DNA from: Balanoglossus misakiensis
Taxonomy: Eukaryota > Animalia > Hemichordata
Reading direction: 5' to 3'
DNA: 64,000 nt
Assembly (NCBI GenBank): GCA_040954595.2
Contig: CM082576.2
Location: 978,648 to 1,042,647, forward strand
Under the pieces are notes generated by a model that was not told where the DNA came from, made no database searches, and worked only from the letters and a program-made list of their open reading frames with translations. This document shows positions 41,401 through 54,114 of the stretch, piece after piece; the stretch's first letter is position 1; each line of letters starts with the position of its first letter. The position numbers were made by a program, and so were the translations under genes.

Positions 41401-41705
41401 CCTGTAAACAACATGACACGTATTGCATGTTGAAGTTTTTTTCAACTTATCTTTTTCACAACATCGATTTATATGTTCAGGCAAAGGGAAAGGCCTTTCT
41501 CTGTTCGGTTATTAGATACATTTCCAAAGCCAAGAATAGTGTCATGTCTCCACTGTATTAACATTTCCACGATTCCCTGAAAATATGAAATAACTTTTTG
41601 AGGAGCGTGACAATAATGTGATCTCTGTCAAACGAAGCTAGAATAATTGACAGGACGTACCTGCACACCCGATTTCTTGGTGTCGCCACTTGCGAGCACT
41701 TCCAT
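32404..41705 (-). CDS. SYCP1-like coiled-coil protein with C-terminal beta-spectrin-type PH domain (~889 aa, 14 coding exons)
   Basis: Minus-strand exons 41705-41661, 41401-41141, 40994-40929, 40741-40665, 40531-40408, 39694-39637, 38469-38387, 36824-36716, 36592-36468, 35340-35182, 34989-34957, 34373-33265, 33042-32869 and 32650-32404 are all GT-AG and phase-compatible. N-terminal TKLHNEAMKLKLWKTTSDNKLKQKENELDDVRAEVDDQKETIQQLM resembles SYCP1 CM1/alphaN. C-terminal [46 protein letters not shown]..W is a spectrin-type PH domain. PolyA signal at 32180-32175. Confidence 0.8.
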
Positions 41706-41963
41706 TGCAATCTTTCATGCAGTTCTAACGAATTTAAAATCTGCAAAAAATGTTACTGTTTGTTTGTGATCGACAAGCGCAATGGACATCTTGAAAATCA
41801 TCGCTAAGATATCTTTCATATGATGTCAGAAGAGATGACCTCACAGTTCCTTATTGATATCACTATCAGTCACAAGAAAGAATCTGAAGAAACTTGTGTA
41901 CTTTCTCCAAGAACAATGCTCCATTGTACGGATTATTTTCAAAGAAATCAAAGTGTATCTTAC

Positions 41964-42120
41964 CTGAACACAGAATGTTGTTTCGTTGGTCCACGATTGG
42001 GTCCGTTATAAAACTTGTTCGATTTCGACACCATGGTGGTCAGCGCGAGCGCGCGCGGCAGACCTTTCTTTACGCGCGTAGGGCAGATACTACGCGCGAT
42101 TTTCGGGATCTCAGCAAAAA
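41964..42120 (-). promoter_or_regulatory. CpG-rich promoter and uORF-bearing first exon of the SYCP1-like/PH gene
   Basis: GCGCGCGC-rich island at 42040-42105. ACCACCATGG start at 42034 and donor CAG|GTAAG at 41964/41963. Confidence 0.55.
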
Positions 42121-45100
42121 CGGTTACTTAGCGACCATTTAGCACAAAGATCATTACAATTAGTTTACGAACACGACAGAAATGTTTAATAAAATTATAG
42201 AGTGTCATATCGACATGTCAAAATCTTTTATAACATGTAAAAAGAGGGATTATTGAAGGAAAGTCACGTTTTTCACTAGTTAGATGTGTAGGCCAATAAT
42301 TCCAGTAGGATACAAACTTTTGGGGATAACCATCCCAATCTTTATGGATTGTTAGAATTCGACACCGACCTTTTTGACATTGCCCCTTTGTGCCAAAACT
42401 TTTTTGTTTTGTTGGCCTATAGCGCACTTTAGTGCATGTAATATAGACATGCGAGAAACATTATTTTGGATGTCATCAAGGTAAAATCCCCGATCAGGCA
42501 TATAGCATAATTGTATGAATCCATCAAAGCTTTTTCACAGCCGTAGTTCTCAAAAAAGGACGATTGTGAAACCCGAACGTGACGGCCCTGGGAGAGAGTG
42601 GTACGGTTGCATTCGGTAGTACCGTGGAAAATTGAGAATGCTCTCTCTTCCCAACAACCCTGACTGTGCTATTAATCGATCTTCAGAGGAACATTGTTCA
42701 AGTTCTGTTGTCTATTCAAAGTCGACACGATACGAAACACGGCAGTTTATCGACCGATGCATGTACAAAGATTTGCTAATGCATCTCGTAGGCCTACGGG
42801 TTTTAAGAACTTGCTGATGGAGTTGTCTAATGCTTTAAGTTTTCATATATATGTACGTAATATGAATACATGTATGAAAAAACCATACGTATAGACCTAT
42901 GTGCATAAATTTCAATAAAGTGTAACAATTCGACACAGGATAAGAGCGTTATTATGAAAAATTAAATATAATATATATAGGTTATTTCGCCCCTTAGGAC
43001 TACCTTAACCCTTTGACCTTAATTTGGTGTTTAACAAAGCCCGACTTTTGATGTTTTGTGCCCGTAACCTGAATGACCTATCTCATATCTTTGACTTAGA
43101 CGAGTTAGAATATGAACAGTGTGTGGTTTGACTTTGCAGTAGTTTTGGCATAAAGCCACCGTGGTATGTACTGTCTTTAAATTTTGAACACTGGCCAAAT
43201 AGGTCCAATGTCAGTGTGATTATAGCGGTATGTCCAATTGTATGGCTCATATACTTTATAAGGGTCATTTTGTTCAGGCATAACAACGCGTGCGTCATAG
43301 CTCACACACCTTCATATTAGGCCTAAGTGATGGCATTTTCTGAACAGAGAAAGAAAATGTTTCACACAATAGCAGACGACACGATTTCGGAGGGCTAGCG
43401 GTCCAGTCATTTCTAACGTAGATAGTCAAGACTGTTAGTAATGCATTCGATAAAATGCATTCTTGCAGTCGGTTTTTGGGTCGCTTAACAATTCCATTCA
43501 TTGCAATATTAAATCTGAACAAAGGAATATCAAAAAAGCGTCCAGGGACTTCTTGGCTTTGGGAAAGGTTCGACTGGATAGTACACCTGTGTGTCTTCGC
43601 CGTATTATAAAGTAAAGACACACAGCCCTGCCACGCAGAGCAGAGGTAATGAACAACCACCTGTTGATTCCGCCGTCTGCAAAGATGGCGGCCAGAGCTG
43701 AACATCTGTGGTTTACTTTTCATAGCAACGCTTTGTCAAATGGTTGTCACGACAAAACAATACTCACCCATCTACATTGTGGTCACACGCTCATTTCCAA
43801 GTAGCATGTAATAACGTTACCAGGATTATGATACACTGTATGGGCAGATTTCGACTAAACTAAACTGTATATTTCAGAGCTATGTTTCGAAATGAAAATG
43901 AAAAGAAATAACTGAATAAACAGATTTACGAAATATTGATTTTTATTTCTTGCCATCGACTCGTAAGAGTTTGGATTATACATTATTACAAAACATGTTT
44001 ACAATCTGTATGCACATCAAGGCTGTGTATCTATGTATGTATGTACATGTACCTCTAGTTCAATACTGTGTGGGCAGATGTATATACATGTACATGTGTA
44101 TATACATTTCCTAAATACAAACATATTCCATGGTTCATACTGATAAACACTATGATCTTCTGCAGCATCAAAAAACCAATTCACGGAGTTGAAAGGACAA
44201 AAATGTAATCTAGATGTGTATGTGATGGAAAATGTCCTTATCTGAGTTAAATCTGGCAGCAAATATCAAGCCCGGATAAAGATGGCTATATTGGAATGTA
44301 AACTAAGACCAACAGGGATATAACTGAATTCAACACAAAAGGATCGCCATGATGTGTACCAAAGAACCTTCAGAATTAATGTCTAACCTCAATCTACCAA
44401 ATTCTTTTATAGAAATAGATGACTTATACAAAATATTTGACAGCTGATTGTTGACTAAATTGGCTAATTCATAGCCCTGGCAATGATCACTGATACATTT
44501 ATCAAAAGAATTGCTGGTTGGCCATAAAAACTTCCTTATCAAACACCCCAAAAAATACTTTAATGTTGTAAGTCTTTGAGACAAATAAAAATGCAAGGCT
44601 GCAGACATTACATAAATAGGAATGAAATATAAAATTGTATTCAACCCAAAGGATCACAAAAAACTCAATCTTTACATATTATTCATAATTTATTTAAAAA
44701 TCAGTACCAATCCATGCTGGCCAGACATCATTCCGCATTGAATATTATGCTTGGGGTTGCTATGACAGCGAATGCAGACAAACTTTAAAAAAAATCTTTT
44801 AAAAAACCCAAACATATTTATAATACATAGTTATGGTTTATGTTGAATAAAAAGGGCTACATTTGATTGACTTTAATACAAGAAGATATAAAAAAGAGTT
44901 CTCCAAAATTTTGCTACGGTTGATATTGTTAACCATTTCATTCGCATTTAAATATGGTGCCAATCACACCACTAATAAACAGGAGGACTAGTGGTGGTAC
45001 ATAGGTTATATCGAAAAACAAACTCAAGTATTGGATGGGTATAAGTCTCTTTAGAATGACATCACAGAGAAACAAACAACAATATTGGCTATGTGTCTAG

Positions 45101-45305
45101 TTTCCATGGTTCCATAGGAGTTGCTGTTTCAATCAAGTTCAATCTCCTGAATTGAAAGCGTTGAGATAATTTTGATCAAATGTTGGCAAAATCTGACAAC
45201 ATTCCTTCAAACTCCTTGGACCTATTTGAAAGCAAATTCACACTATAATATACACCATATTCTCATTTAGTCCATATTAATAATATCTTTTGCTTTTCTC
45301 AAAAA

Positions 45306-48300
45306 TTATCTTCTCTTTGGAGGTGGCGGCCTATTTTTAATGTCTTTACATTTAGGTATGTGCCTATCAGCTACATCAGGGTTGAATCGACGTTTACAGT
45401 ATGGGCACTGTTTGTAGTCAGGATTGGTGGACGGAGGTGGTGGGGGAAGATCGGTTGCCTTGCCTCCTTTAGCTATGTGTTCTTGAATGTCACGAGCTGC
45501 TTTGATTGCTTGCTGGAAATCTTCATGTTTCTTTCTCCAACTGGAAGGTTTTGTCTGTAAGAAGATTAATTATAAACAGATCAGAATTATGAATGACACA
45601 CCGTGGTCTTCACAGGGTCTGTAGAGTGAAAGATTTTTTTTTTAAGATTAAGTTAATGGATACACACACAGCACCCTGTAAGTTTCTCATGTTCCAACAA
45701 TTTTTGTCGACAGGAAAGAGAGGTAACTGCCCCTTTGTTTATGAGTGCAAAAAATGAAGATTTGTCCTGCTTAGGACAATGTTACTGGGTTGCTAATAGT
45801 CTTTATGCCTTCTTCTTTATACAAATGAAGCTCAATGTAAATTATTGCAGCAGTGTGGGCAAGCTGTCACTCACTGAAACTCTGCTGTTTATTCACACAA
45901 CAACAGAGCTATTCTTTCCATGAAGAGAAATTTCTCAACACAATACCACAGTAATCCTACACTGTGGGCAATGTTACATTACAATGAATCACATCACCAG
46001 ATACAAGGGTGGTCATTTTGCTGGCAAGCCTACCCATAGACATTCTTATTGTATGGAGATTTTAAAAGGCATTGCATAAACAAAGACACCCAAATCCCTA
46101 TAGAGATCCAAATTACTAGGGGCATGCGTGAAATACAGACTATACAAGAGAAAACAACAATTGTTGACCTGGAATGTCGAGAATGGTTGATTTCTTATTT
46201 GTTGTCATGAAATTTCTAAATGTTGCTAATCCCTATAGCTCTGAAAGCTCAGTATGGTAACCATGGTATCATGCTGTCCAAGCATTTGATTGAATTTCAT
46301 TCAAAGACTGGGTCACTTGAAATGCACTCTGTAATGACTGGTCATAATGTGGCCCTGTATGTTACATTAACCTGCTGAAAACGGACTTATTCATAAGAAA
46401 CACTAAAGAACTTAGACTTGAGTTTCTAATGAAATTTTTCAGTTGCTGTGTACACACAGCTTGATACCACTTTATTTTATCGGAGGCACATGACAGTTCA
46501 GATCAGTACATAGTTGTACACCACATTTAAGTGCTGCACCTACATGTAACAATGTCAGCCAGTTGTACCTAGCTCTTCTATAGAAACCTGTAGAACATCT
46601 CTGGCTCTCAGGAATTTTAATCCAAGTGTGATTTTTTTTATGGTGTGACAGGATAAATAGAATCAGCAATGTGTGATGTGGTGTGTAACAGCAGAGTAAT
46701 GGTTGTATATAGAATCAATAAAACTTCACAAAAAATGTTCTGAATTAGGTGACAGACATCACACCTGAAAGGGGCTATACATGTATAGATGTGCATGTTT
46801 TAATGAAATGGCTTATGTACTGTGGAAGGAGGTTTATTAACCCTTTCACCGCCATGGTTTGGTCCATTTATAAGTTTGAGCTCTTCTGAGGCAATACATA
46901 TAGGGGTGTTTTGATTATAATTGTCTGCAACCATGTGCAAATTTGCATGAAATGTTGATGCAATATTTTCATGACTCCTGGCTGCCATTTTGGCTTTGGT
47001 TGCTATGATATCTGGCAGAGAACATATCCACTTGTATTTTATGGGATTTGAACCTATCCCTACTGTTTAAATGCACGTAGCAAATGTACACTTCTCACCT
47101 TTGGGCCATCATCTAGATGCTTTCCTTGTCTGACATATTTCTCCATTTCTGTTCCAGTGGTACGTTTTTTGGTCATGTCGAACACTTTGCGTTTCTTATT
47201 CGTAGTCTGCTTGCACACTTTGACATGTTTGGCCAACCTGTCCCTATTGAATTTCCTGCCACATGAAGGACACGGTTTCAGATCCAAATTGACTTCTGAA
47301 TCATCTTCTACAGTTTCATAGAAATTATCTTTAACTGTGTTGGCATAGTAGTCCTCCTCATCCTCTGGTTCTTTTTCAGGTGCTGGAGGTGGAGGAGGTC
47401 TTTTCACTGTCTTCTTTGGTTTGGGTTTTGAATAGCGAACAGGTTCAATCTCTGCTTCCTCGCTGTAGGAGTCCACGGTGTAACGGTCATTGTTGTCGCG
47501 TATTTCTTGGCGTTCTCTTTCCATTCTCTCTTTCTCCATCCTCTCTTCCTCTTGCTTTGCCCTTCGGAGGCGTTCTTCTTCCAGACGTTGTTTTTGTTTT
47601 CTTTTACGCTCTTCTAATTCTTTTTCCTCTTGAAGCCTCATTTTGTTTTCCTCCAGTTGCTGTTGCTCGATCATACTCTGTAACTCAAGTTCTTTCTGTC
47701 TTATCTTTTCATAAATGACAGTCTGAATGTCCTGTGTTGGGGGTTCCTTTTTGGGGGGTTCTTGGTATATGGTTTCTTCATCTTCATCATCACTTTCTGG
47801 CAGCATGTCTTGTTTCATTTTCAGTTTTTCCAATCTTTTCTGTCGTTGCATGTTTTGTTCCATTTGCCACCTTTGAAAGTCACTCAGTTTGTCTTTTTGC
47901 CGGTCCCACTTTTGCTCCTTCTTCTTCTTTTCATGTAAACTTTTCAGATTGCTTTTTTGAGGCGGCACATCTTCATCACTATAGGGTGGTGTGTTGTCAT
48001 AGTAATTAACAGGTGACTGTTTTGTGCGATGGCTTCTCACTAGTTTTGGTTTGCGTGATATTGGAGGTGTTGGGGTTTGATCATTATCATTAGAGCTGTA
48101 GTCATTATTACCATGATAGTTTGTCACTGCATAGCCTCTAGTTGGATTATTCCTGTGTCCAATAGGTGCAAGTCGAGTTGCCCTATTGACTCCAGCGCTT
48201 GTCTTTCTTGGTTCTTGTGGCTGCTTTAAAACTCTATCTCTTTCACGTTTTTTGTTCTTGAAGTGTGCTGCCATTGATGGCATGTCGCTTGTGTTTCCAT

Positions 48301-48619
48301 GCTTTTCCATTGCCCTCCTTTCCTCAAAAAAGTCCCTGACGATTCCCCGTTTGTTGCTATTGCCAGACACCTTCCGCATTGCCATTTCTTGTTGACGTTC
48401 ATACATTTCTATCATTTTAGCTTCTTTCTCACGTAGGAGTTTCTTCTGGTAGTCACTCTGCAACATTTCAAGTTTGGAAGGTTGGCTTTGGCCACGTCTG
48501 TGTCCATTCTGAGTTCCCCGTTGTTGAGTTGGTCTTGGCAGTCGGGATGGCGGAGCATCATGATTGTCGTAGTACATATTGTACGATGTAAATGATTGTG
48601 GAAACTCAGTTTGGGCCAT
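45306..48619 (-). CDS. ZC2HC1C: Zinc finger C2HC domain-containing protein 1C-like (~589 aa)
   Basis: Exons 48619-47099 and 45554-45306 (phase 0, TAA). Two C2HC fingers (CPSCGRKF..RLAKHVKVC and CPYCKRRF..ADRHIPKC) flank the WRKKHEDF..IKAAR and PPPPPSTNPDY motifs, preceded by a long charged coiled coil. A non-coding upstream exon has its donor at 48985. Confidence 0.9.
46837..46865. mobile_element. Truncated end of piggyBac-like MITE
   Basis: TTAA-CCCTTTCACCGCCATGGTTTGG, similar to the reverse complement of the right end of the 22769-22853 element. Confidence 0.4.
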
Positions 48620-49518
48620 AGGTAGATCAGTCACTGTCCTTGTTAAATAGATGTCTACCTTGTTCAGTTCTATGAAAAATCAAAAGAATACTGTCAAACA
48701 TTAATTCACACAACCACTATTTAGTATTCTAATATTAGAATATTTTGGAAATGTTAAATTCAATGCTATAAATGCTCATTTATATCTTTAAATGTATCTC
48801 TCTTTCTGCAAAATATATGTATGCCCATGGAATAGAAAGTCAGCCAAAAACAGGTGTAAATTCAATGTAATCATTCATTCTGGACAAGTTGGCTTTGGGC
48901 TTTTTTGCCATTCGGGTATTGCAGTTGCACTTTACATGATGTAGTAGTCGACGAGACGAAATATGCAATGAGTTACTAACTTACCTGTATTAATGTACAA
49001 AACAGATATCTTCGTGATCGATTAAAACTGCCCTTTTCAAATTCAAGCAAAATCGTTAACAGGTGCACTTCCTTCTGGAACGAGTTGAAAGATCTTCGAA
49101 GAGTTTTGCCCCGGCGTCACTTTGGTTGATCGAACACAGGGCCAGGACAGTCAGATACCCTGTTGATGCTCTGCACTGATATGTAGATGTAGATAAAAGT
49201 GTGCCGGTTAATCGACACCTTCAGTTGTCAGATGTAGTGTTTCTTGAAAGAAACCTTTATCGCCATAACAAAACGGTGCACTCTTCGAATGGATCGTCGA
49301 ACAACAATGTAGATAAATAATAAGACCCTCCGCCAAGATAAAATAGTTTCGTTTCCGTACCAAATATTTTTAAATCAGAAAATCATATAAACTGATCAAA
49401 TATACTCTGGCCATAATATATATAGATACATTAAGACTTTAAGCCACACTGTGCCCGACAAAAATGGAAAATGGGTTGTGTCTATCGGCGCATGGATATA
49501 CAGTTCGACAAAGTAAAC

Positions 49519-49531
49519 GTTGCTGAGCAAC
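49519..49531. promoter_or_regulatory. RFX X-box-like palindrome upstream of ZC2HC1C
   Basis: GTTGCTGAGCAAC lies a few hundred bp upstream of the non-coding first exon (donor at 48985). Confidence 0.5.
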
Positions 49532-50273
49532 CACGGTAAACAAATTGAAGAGGTCGTTGGTTGATACCATTAATTATAACTGTTTGCGTTTTTCCGCTCG
49601 GTTAATTCTAAAATCCTGAATTCCAGAACAAAAGAGTTATCTAGTTCCATCACAAAAACAAAATTCTCTCGTAATGTGGTGCCCCTTCATTAAACACTCT
49701 TCATAATGACTTTTCACGCAAGTGGCCTTTACCAGTACATAATGAAATATTCCCGCTGATCCCGGTCATCTTAGGTCAATGCGGGCATTGTATTGCGCCG
49801 TAATCTTCTGGTTTAGGGAAAGGGGGCAGGCGATCGGCAAATTTGTAACATTTTCGTTGCACTTATTATATTACTGTGGTAAAAATGAATTGTCTCGCCT
49901 CTGTCGTCGGAAATACATACACTGTATCATGTATGCAGTGGGCAGCCATTGACGATTCCCACCAGAGGGGGCGTGGTCCACGATCCACATTGCCTGCCCG
50001 GGGGTTTGTTCATATACAATAAGGCAAAAAGAGAAGCTTTTTGTTTTACAAATTTATTCAACAAATAACATCAATAAAGATCTCTTTGTTTGCTTGAAAA
50101 ACAACATTGAATAAAGTACAATCCTCCACATACAATAAAGAACAGCCTATGGTAATTTTAACCCTTGTTTCACAGTTGTTATTTCTGATCTCAGCCTCAT
50201 ATCATTGGAAACTACAAGGTGTAACGGTTGCCACATTTCATGTACAGATGTCACCTGGACAGCTCATACAAAT

Positions 50274-52909
50274 TTAAAGTATTCTTATGTAATCTTTCAA
50301 GAAAGGAGGTAACTGCAGCTGATCGATGAACCCTTCACCAATGTAAGATCTGCCATGTCTTAGAATATGACGTATCTTTAGTCGGCACTGGTGTTGAAGA
50401 CTCCTAGGATTGCCTATGAAGAAAAAAAGGAAAAAATTCTTGGGTTCTTGAAATAGACATTTTTATAATAAGGGGTTATACATCAGATGATGCTGGAAGT
50501 AATACTTACCAATGATTGACATAATGGTTGGCCACATCTGATGGTCCTTAAAGTCATCTATGAAATGTTCACAGATTGTGACATGACCAACATAGTCCAA
50601 TGCATGTAAGACTAGATCTGGATAATCTGGGTCTCTTGAATCTCTATGGTCATGAATATCTGTGCCATTCATCTTACTCTTCAACCAGAGGTAGAAACAT
50701 TCTGTGTTACTAGTAACGCAACACTTCTGGAACATCATTTCTGGAAAATTAAAGTCATGATCAAAAAGTGATTTTGTAACACTAGTAAACCATGGTCCAT
50801 TGTACATCATGGGATAAGGATCAGCATGGACAAGGCTGTTGAATTCCAGATCTTCCTCACCAGGAATGCAGGAAGGTTTTGCTCCGTGAACAAACATACT
50901 GTCAAGAATGGCAGAGTCCACATTGAAGAAGACAGCAGTACACACTGCACATGGATTAGGGTTAAAATTGGCATCAGCACCATGATCCATCAGGAATCGA
51001 ATCATTTCAGAGTCCAGGTTTGAAATTGCATAATGCAAAGGTGACACGGCATCAAAATCGTGTTCAGATAGGAAGAGTCGTCTTGCATCGGGAACAATAC
51101 CATCGCTTGTATTGATGTTGTATCCTTTGCTGACCAACAGTTTAACGCAGTCAAAATGACGGCAGTGTGCTGCCAAGGTAACTGGACTGCAAACACACTG
51201 CTCCTCAGCATCCATTACATTAGTTCTTTCAGACAGGAACTCTAAACAGCTGTTGAAAATACAAGAGATGGTCTTTTGTAAGTTCAAGCAATTCAAAGAA
51301 AAGTATTAAACCTTATATTTTGTGAATTGTAATAAAAATGGGAAAAGTTATTTTGTTTTTGGGAATCTAAGGGAAAAGAGTGAGTCGTTACTCTTGGAAA
51401 CTTGCTTTTTAAGTGTAGATACTGATCACAGGAATCTTAGCAGTCTTTGCCATCTTTTCACAGAATCATTAGACAATCACCTGTAATGGCCAAGTTGAGC
51501 AGCAACATGGATGGGCAGATAACGTTCGTCTGTTAATATATGGATCTTTGCCCCATATTGACAGAGAAGTTGCAAACATTGCAGGTGGTTTTCTTGAGCA
51601 GCCATGAAGACTGCAGTGCCCCCATCAATGGCAGCTATGTCTGGATTTGCTCCTGAAACACAAATATAAATACACATTATTTGTTTACAGACCAAACAAC
51701 CCCCCCCCCCCTCTCTCAAAAAAAAAAAAAAAAAAAAAAGTGACCAGCACTGGTCATTTTCTGAGGTATTTGTTTCAACACTGTAGAGCAAATGACATGT
51801 GACATACACAGTTTGAAGGACCAGATATACAACCAAATTTATCTACAATTCCATGTCTCCTGTTCTTACCTGCAACTAAAAGAATTCGTAAACATTCCAG
51901 CTGACCATACTGAGCTGCAGTAAAGAGAGGTGTGATCTTGAATTCGTCTACAAGATCAAAATCAGCATTGTATTGGAGAAGTAACGTCATCATTTCTTGG
52001 TAACCACGATGGGCTGCTTCATGTAGACTACGCCAGCCATCAACATTCACCCAGTTGATATCAGAATTGTACTCCAGGAGTAATTTAACACACTCTATGT
52101 GGTTGCCTCGAACAGCTAGATGGATTAAAACAAGAGATTAGAAAGAAATGAATAAATGAATGATTGAGTGAGTGAATATAACCATGAGAGTGAAGGAATC
52201 CACACTCAGTCACTGAATAATGAAACTCATCACTGAAATTTGTGCTACCACAAATCTCCTCAACCTTATATCTTACACTAACTTTCCCATATACCTGTTC
52301 TCATCCGATAACAAGAACTCCAATTTTAATAATAAGTGGAGTACAGTGTAAGATTACTCAAATGACAAATGTTTTACCTTTGAGGAGGGGATGATTTCTT
52401 TCATTGTCTGAGATGTCAGGATCTGCACCAGCTTCTAGGAGTTCTTTAACTGTGTCAAGATGACCCATGCTAGCCGCCAAGTACAGAGCTGTTCCTCCTT
52501 CATAAGCTCTGGCATTGACATCTATTCAAGACAAAACACTATCAGTATGTGTACTAAAAGTTTAAGATGCATGTTGTGTACTCATGGCATTCCCATACCA
52601 GTAGTGCTAAATTTGCATATATGTGAATGTATTTACTCTCACTTGTGTCTGGTGATGTAGCACACATAGCAAATTTGAATCATCAACAAATTATTGTATA
52701 CCTGTATCTTCACACTTGCAAAGAATCCTGACACATTTTGTGTGTCCGGCATTGGCTGCCTGATGGAGGGGTGACCATCCTCGATTGTCAACGATGTTGG
52801 TACTTTTACGAGATTTAATGAGTTGCTTCAGTATTTTAACATCACCAAGCCTCGCTGCTTTTCCTACGCTGGAAACTGTGTCCTCATACGTTTCAGTAAA
52901 ATCCATCAT
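50274..52909 (-). CDS. ASB3: Ankyrin repeat and SOCS box protein 3 (~549 aa, 6 coding exons)
   Basis: Exons 52909-52702, 52521-52378, 52115-51870, 51652-51481, 51249-50510 and 50413-50274. N-terminus MDFTETYEDTVSSVGKAARLG..DNRGWSPLH matches ASB3. Multiple ankyrin repeats and a C-terminal SOCS box, PRSLQHQCRLKIR..IDQLQLPPFLKDYI. Confidence 0.93.
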
Positions 52910-53559
52910 CAAGGTTGTTTCACTTCAAGATATCTGTTGTCACAATACAAGAATGCAAAATGATGCATTTAGGTTTATACAATAGAATATTTACCACTGT
53001 TGTACAAATTACTAGCTGTGGAAACACATATGCTAATTCCCTCAGTCATTCCTCAGTCAGCATACCCCCCCCCCCCCTACCCCCATGGCTACCCCCCCCC
53101 CCTCCTCCTCCATTATGGTACAGCTAAATGTAGTGGTTGAAATTATACTTTTTCTCATACAACACTTGACAGTGGGTGTCAAAAGGAGATCCAAGAGTCA
53201 CCAGTGATGCAGCATACCTCTTACATTGATTTCCAGTCACTATTTTAACGTTTTTTGCTAGTTCTTGGTCAAAACAGTGCGGACTGATGCGGCAGTAATC
53301 TCACTGTGTCTTATGTCGTCCGCAACTAGTATTGAGGTCAAAGGTTAAATGGGGACAAATCCTTTTTTATTTTTGGGAGGGATGATAAAGTCATAGCACG
53401 GTATTTGATGGAAGGACCGTGACATGACTTAATCCGAAATAACTGAAAAAGTAAAATGGGCCCTATGACTTTACCCGAAACGCGAAATAATTAAAAAAGT
53501 TTATAATGGACCCAACACCCCTTTTTTTCATTTTATTTCTTTGATGGACACTACGTCAT

Positions 53560-53687
53560 CATTCATTCATTCATTCATTCATTCATTCATTCATTCATTC
53601 ATTCATTCATTCATTCATTCATTCATTCATTCATTCATTCATTCATTCATTCATTCATTCATTCATTCATTCATTCATTCATTCATT
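53560..53687. repeat. (CATT)~32 tetranucleotide microsatellite in the ASB3/SART1 divergent promoter
   Basis: Perfect run read directly from the sequence. Confidence 0.97.
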
Positions 53688-53689
53688 GT

Positions 53690-53870
53690 GGTTCGTCCCT
53701 CCCCGACGATGCATACTGTAACTTCCTGGCACGTTGCATGATGGGTAAGCCGCCATATTGTGTAGAGAGCTCACGTTTGGTGTGCGTACACGAATGGTGT
53801 CTAGCTAGATTGAGTCGCCAGTGAAAGGAATCCGTTGTGTCCATACTACGCATCTTTTGGGGGTAGGTCG
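53690..53870 (+). promoter_or_regulatory. Bidirectional promoter region and SART1 non-coding first exon, with YY1-like GCCGCCAT
   Basis: CpG-rich region with GCCGCCATATTG at 53749 and donor GG|GTAGGT at ~53862. The ASB3 5' exon donor lies on the minus strand at ~53217. Confidence 0.5.
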
Positions 53871-54114
53871 AATATTTTACCAGTCAGTGATCAATTGTTA
53901 GACGGTTTAATGAAACATCCTCCTCTGCGCTTATCGATGATCGTCTGTCGTCGTCTGTGCTACTGTGCACTCGGTTGTAAACATTGATTTTGTTGGTTTC
54001 ACCCGAGGAGGACATACTGAGACTAGCTACAGTAATTTTAAATGTCAGCCATGATGCCAAAATAGATAATATTCAAAAACTGTCTATGTTTTGTTGTAGT
54101 GATCTCAACCCAGG

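Noticed and set aside
42480-42660. Structured segment loosely resembling RNase MRP/P RNA (GGGAGAGAG..CTCTCTTCCC stem, AAAATCCCCG)
   Set aside because: The conserved P4/CR-V elements could not be found in the right order. An Infernal search would settle it.
53541-53741. ORF with (SFIH)n repeats
   Set aside because: It is just the translation of the (CATT)n microsatellite.
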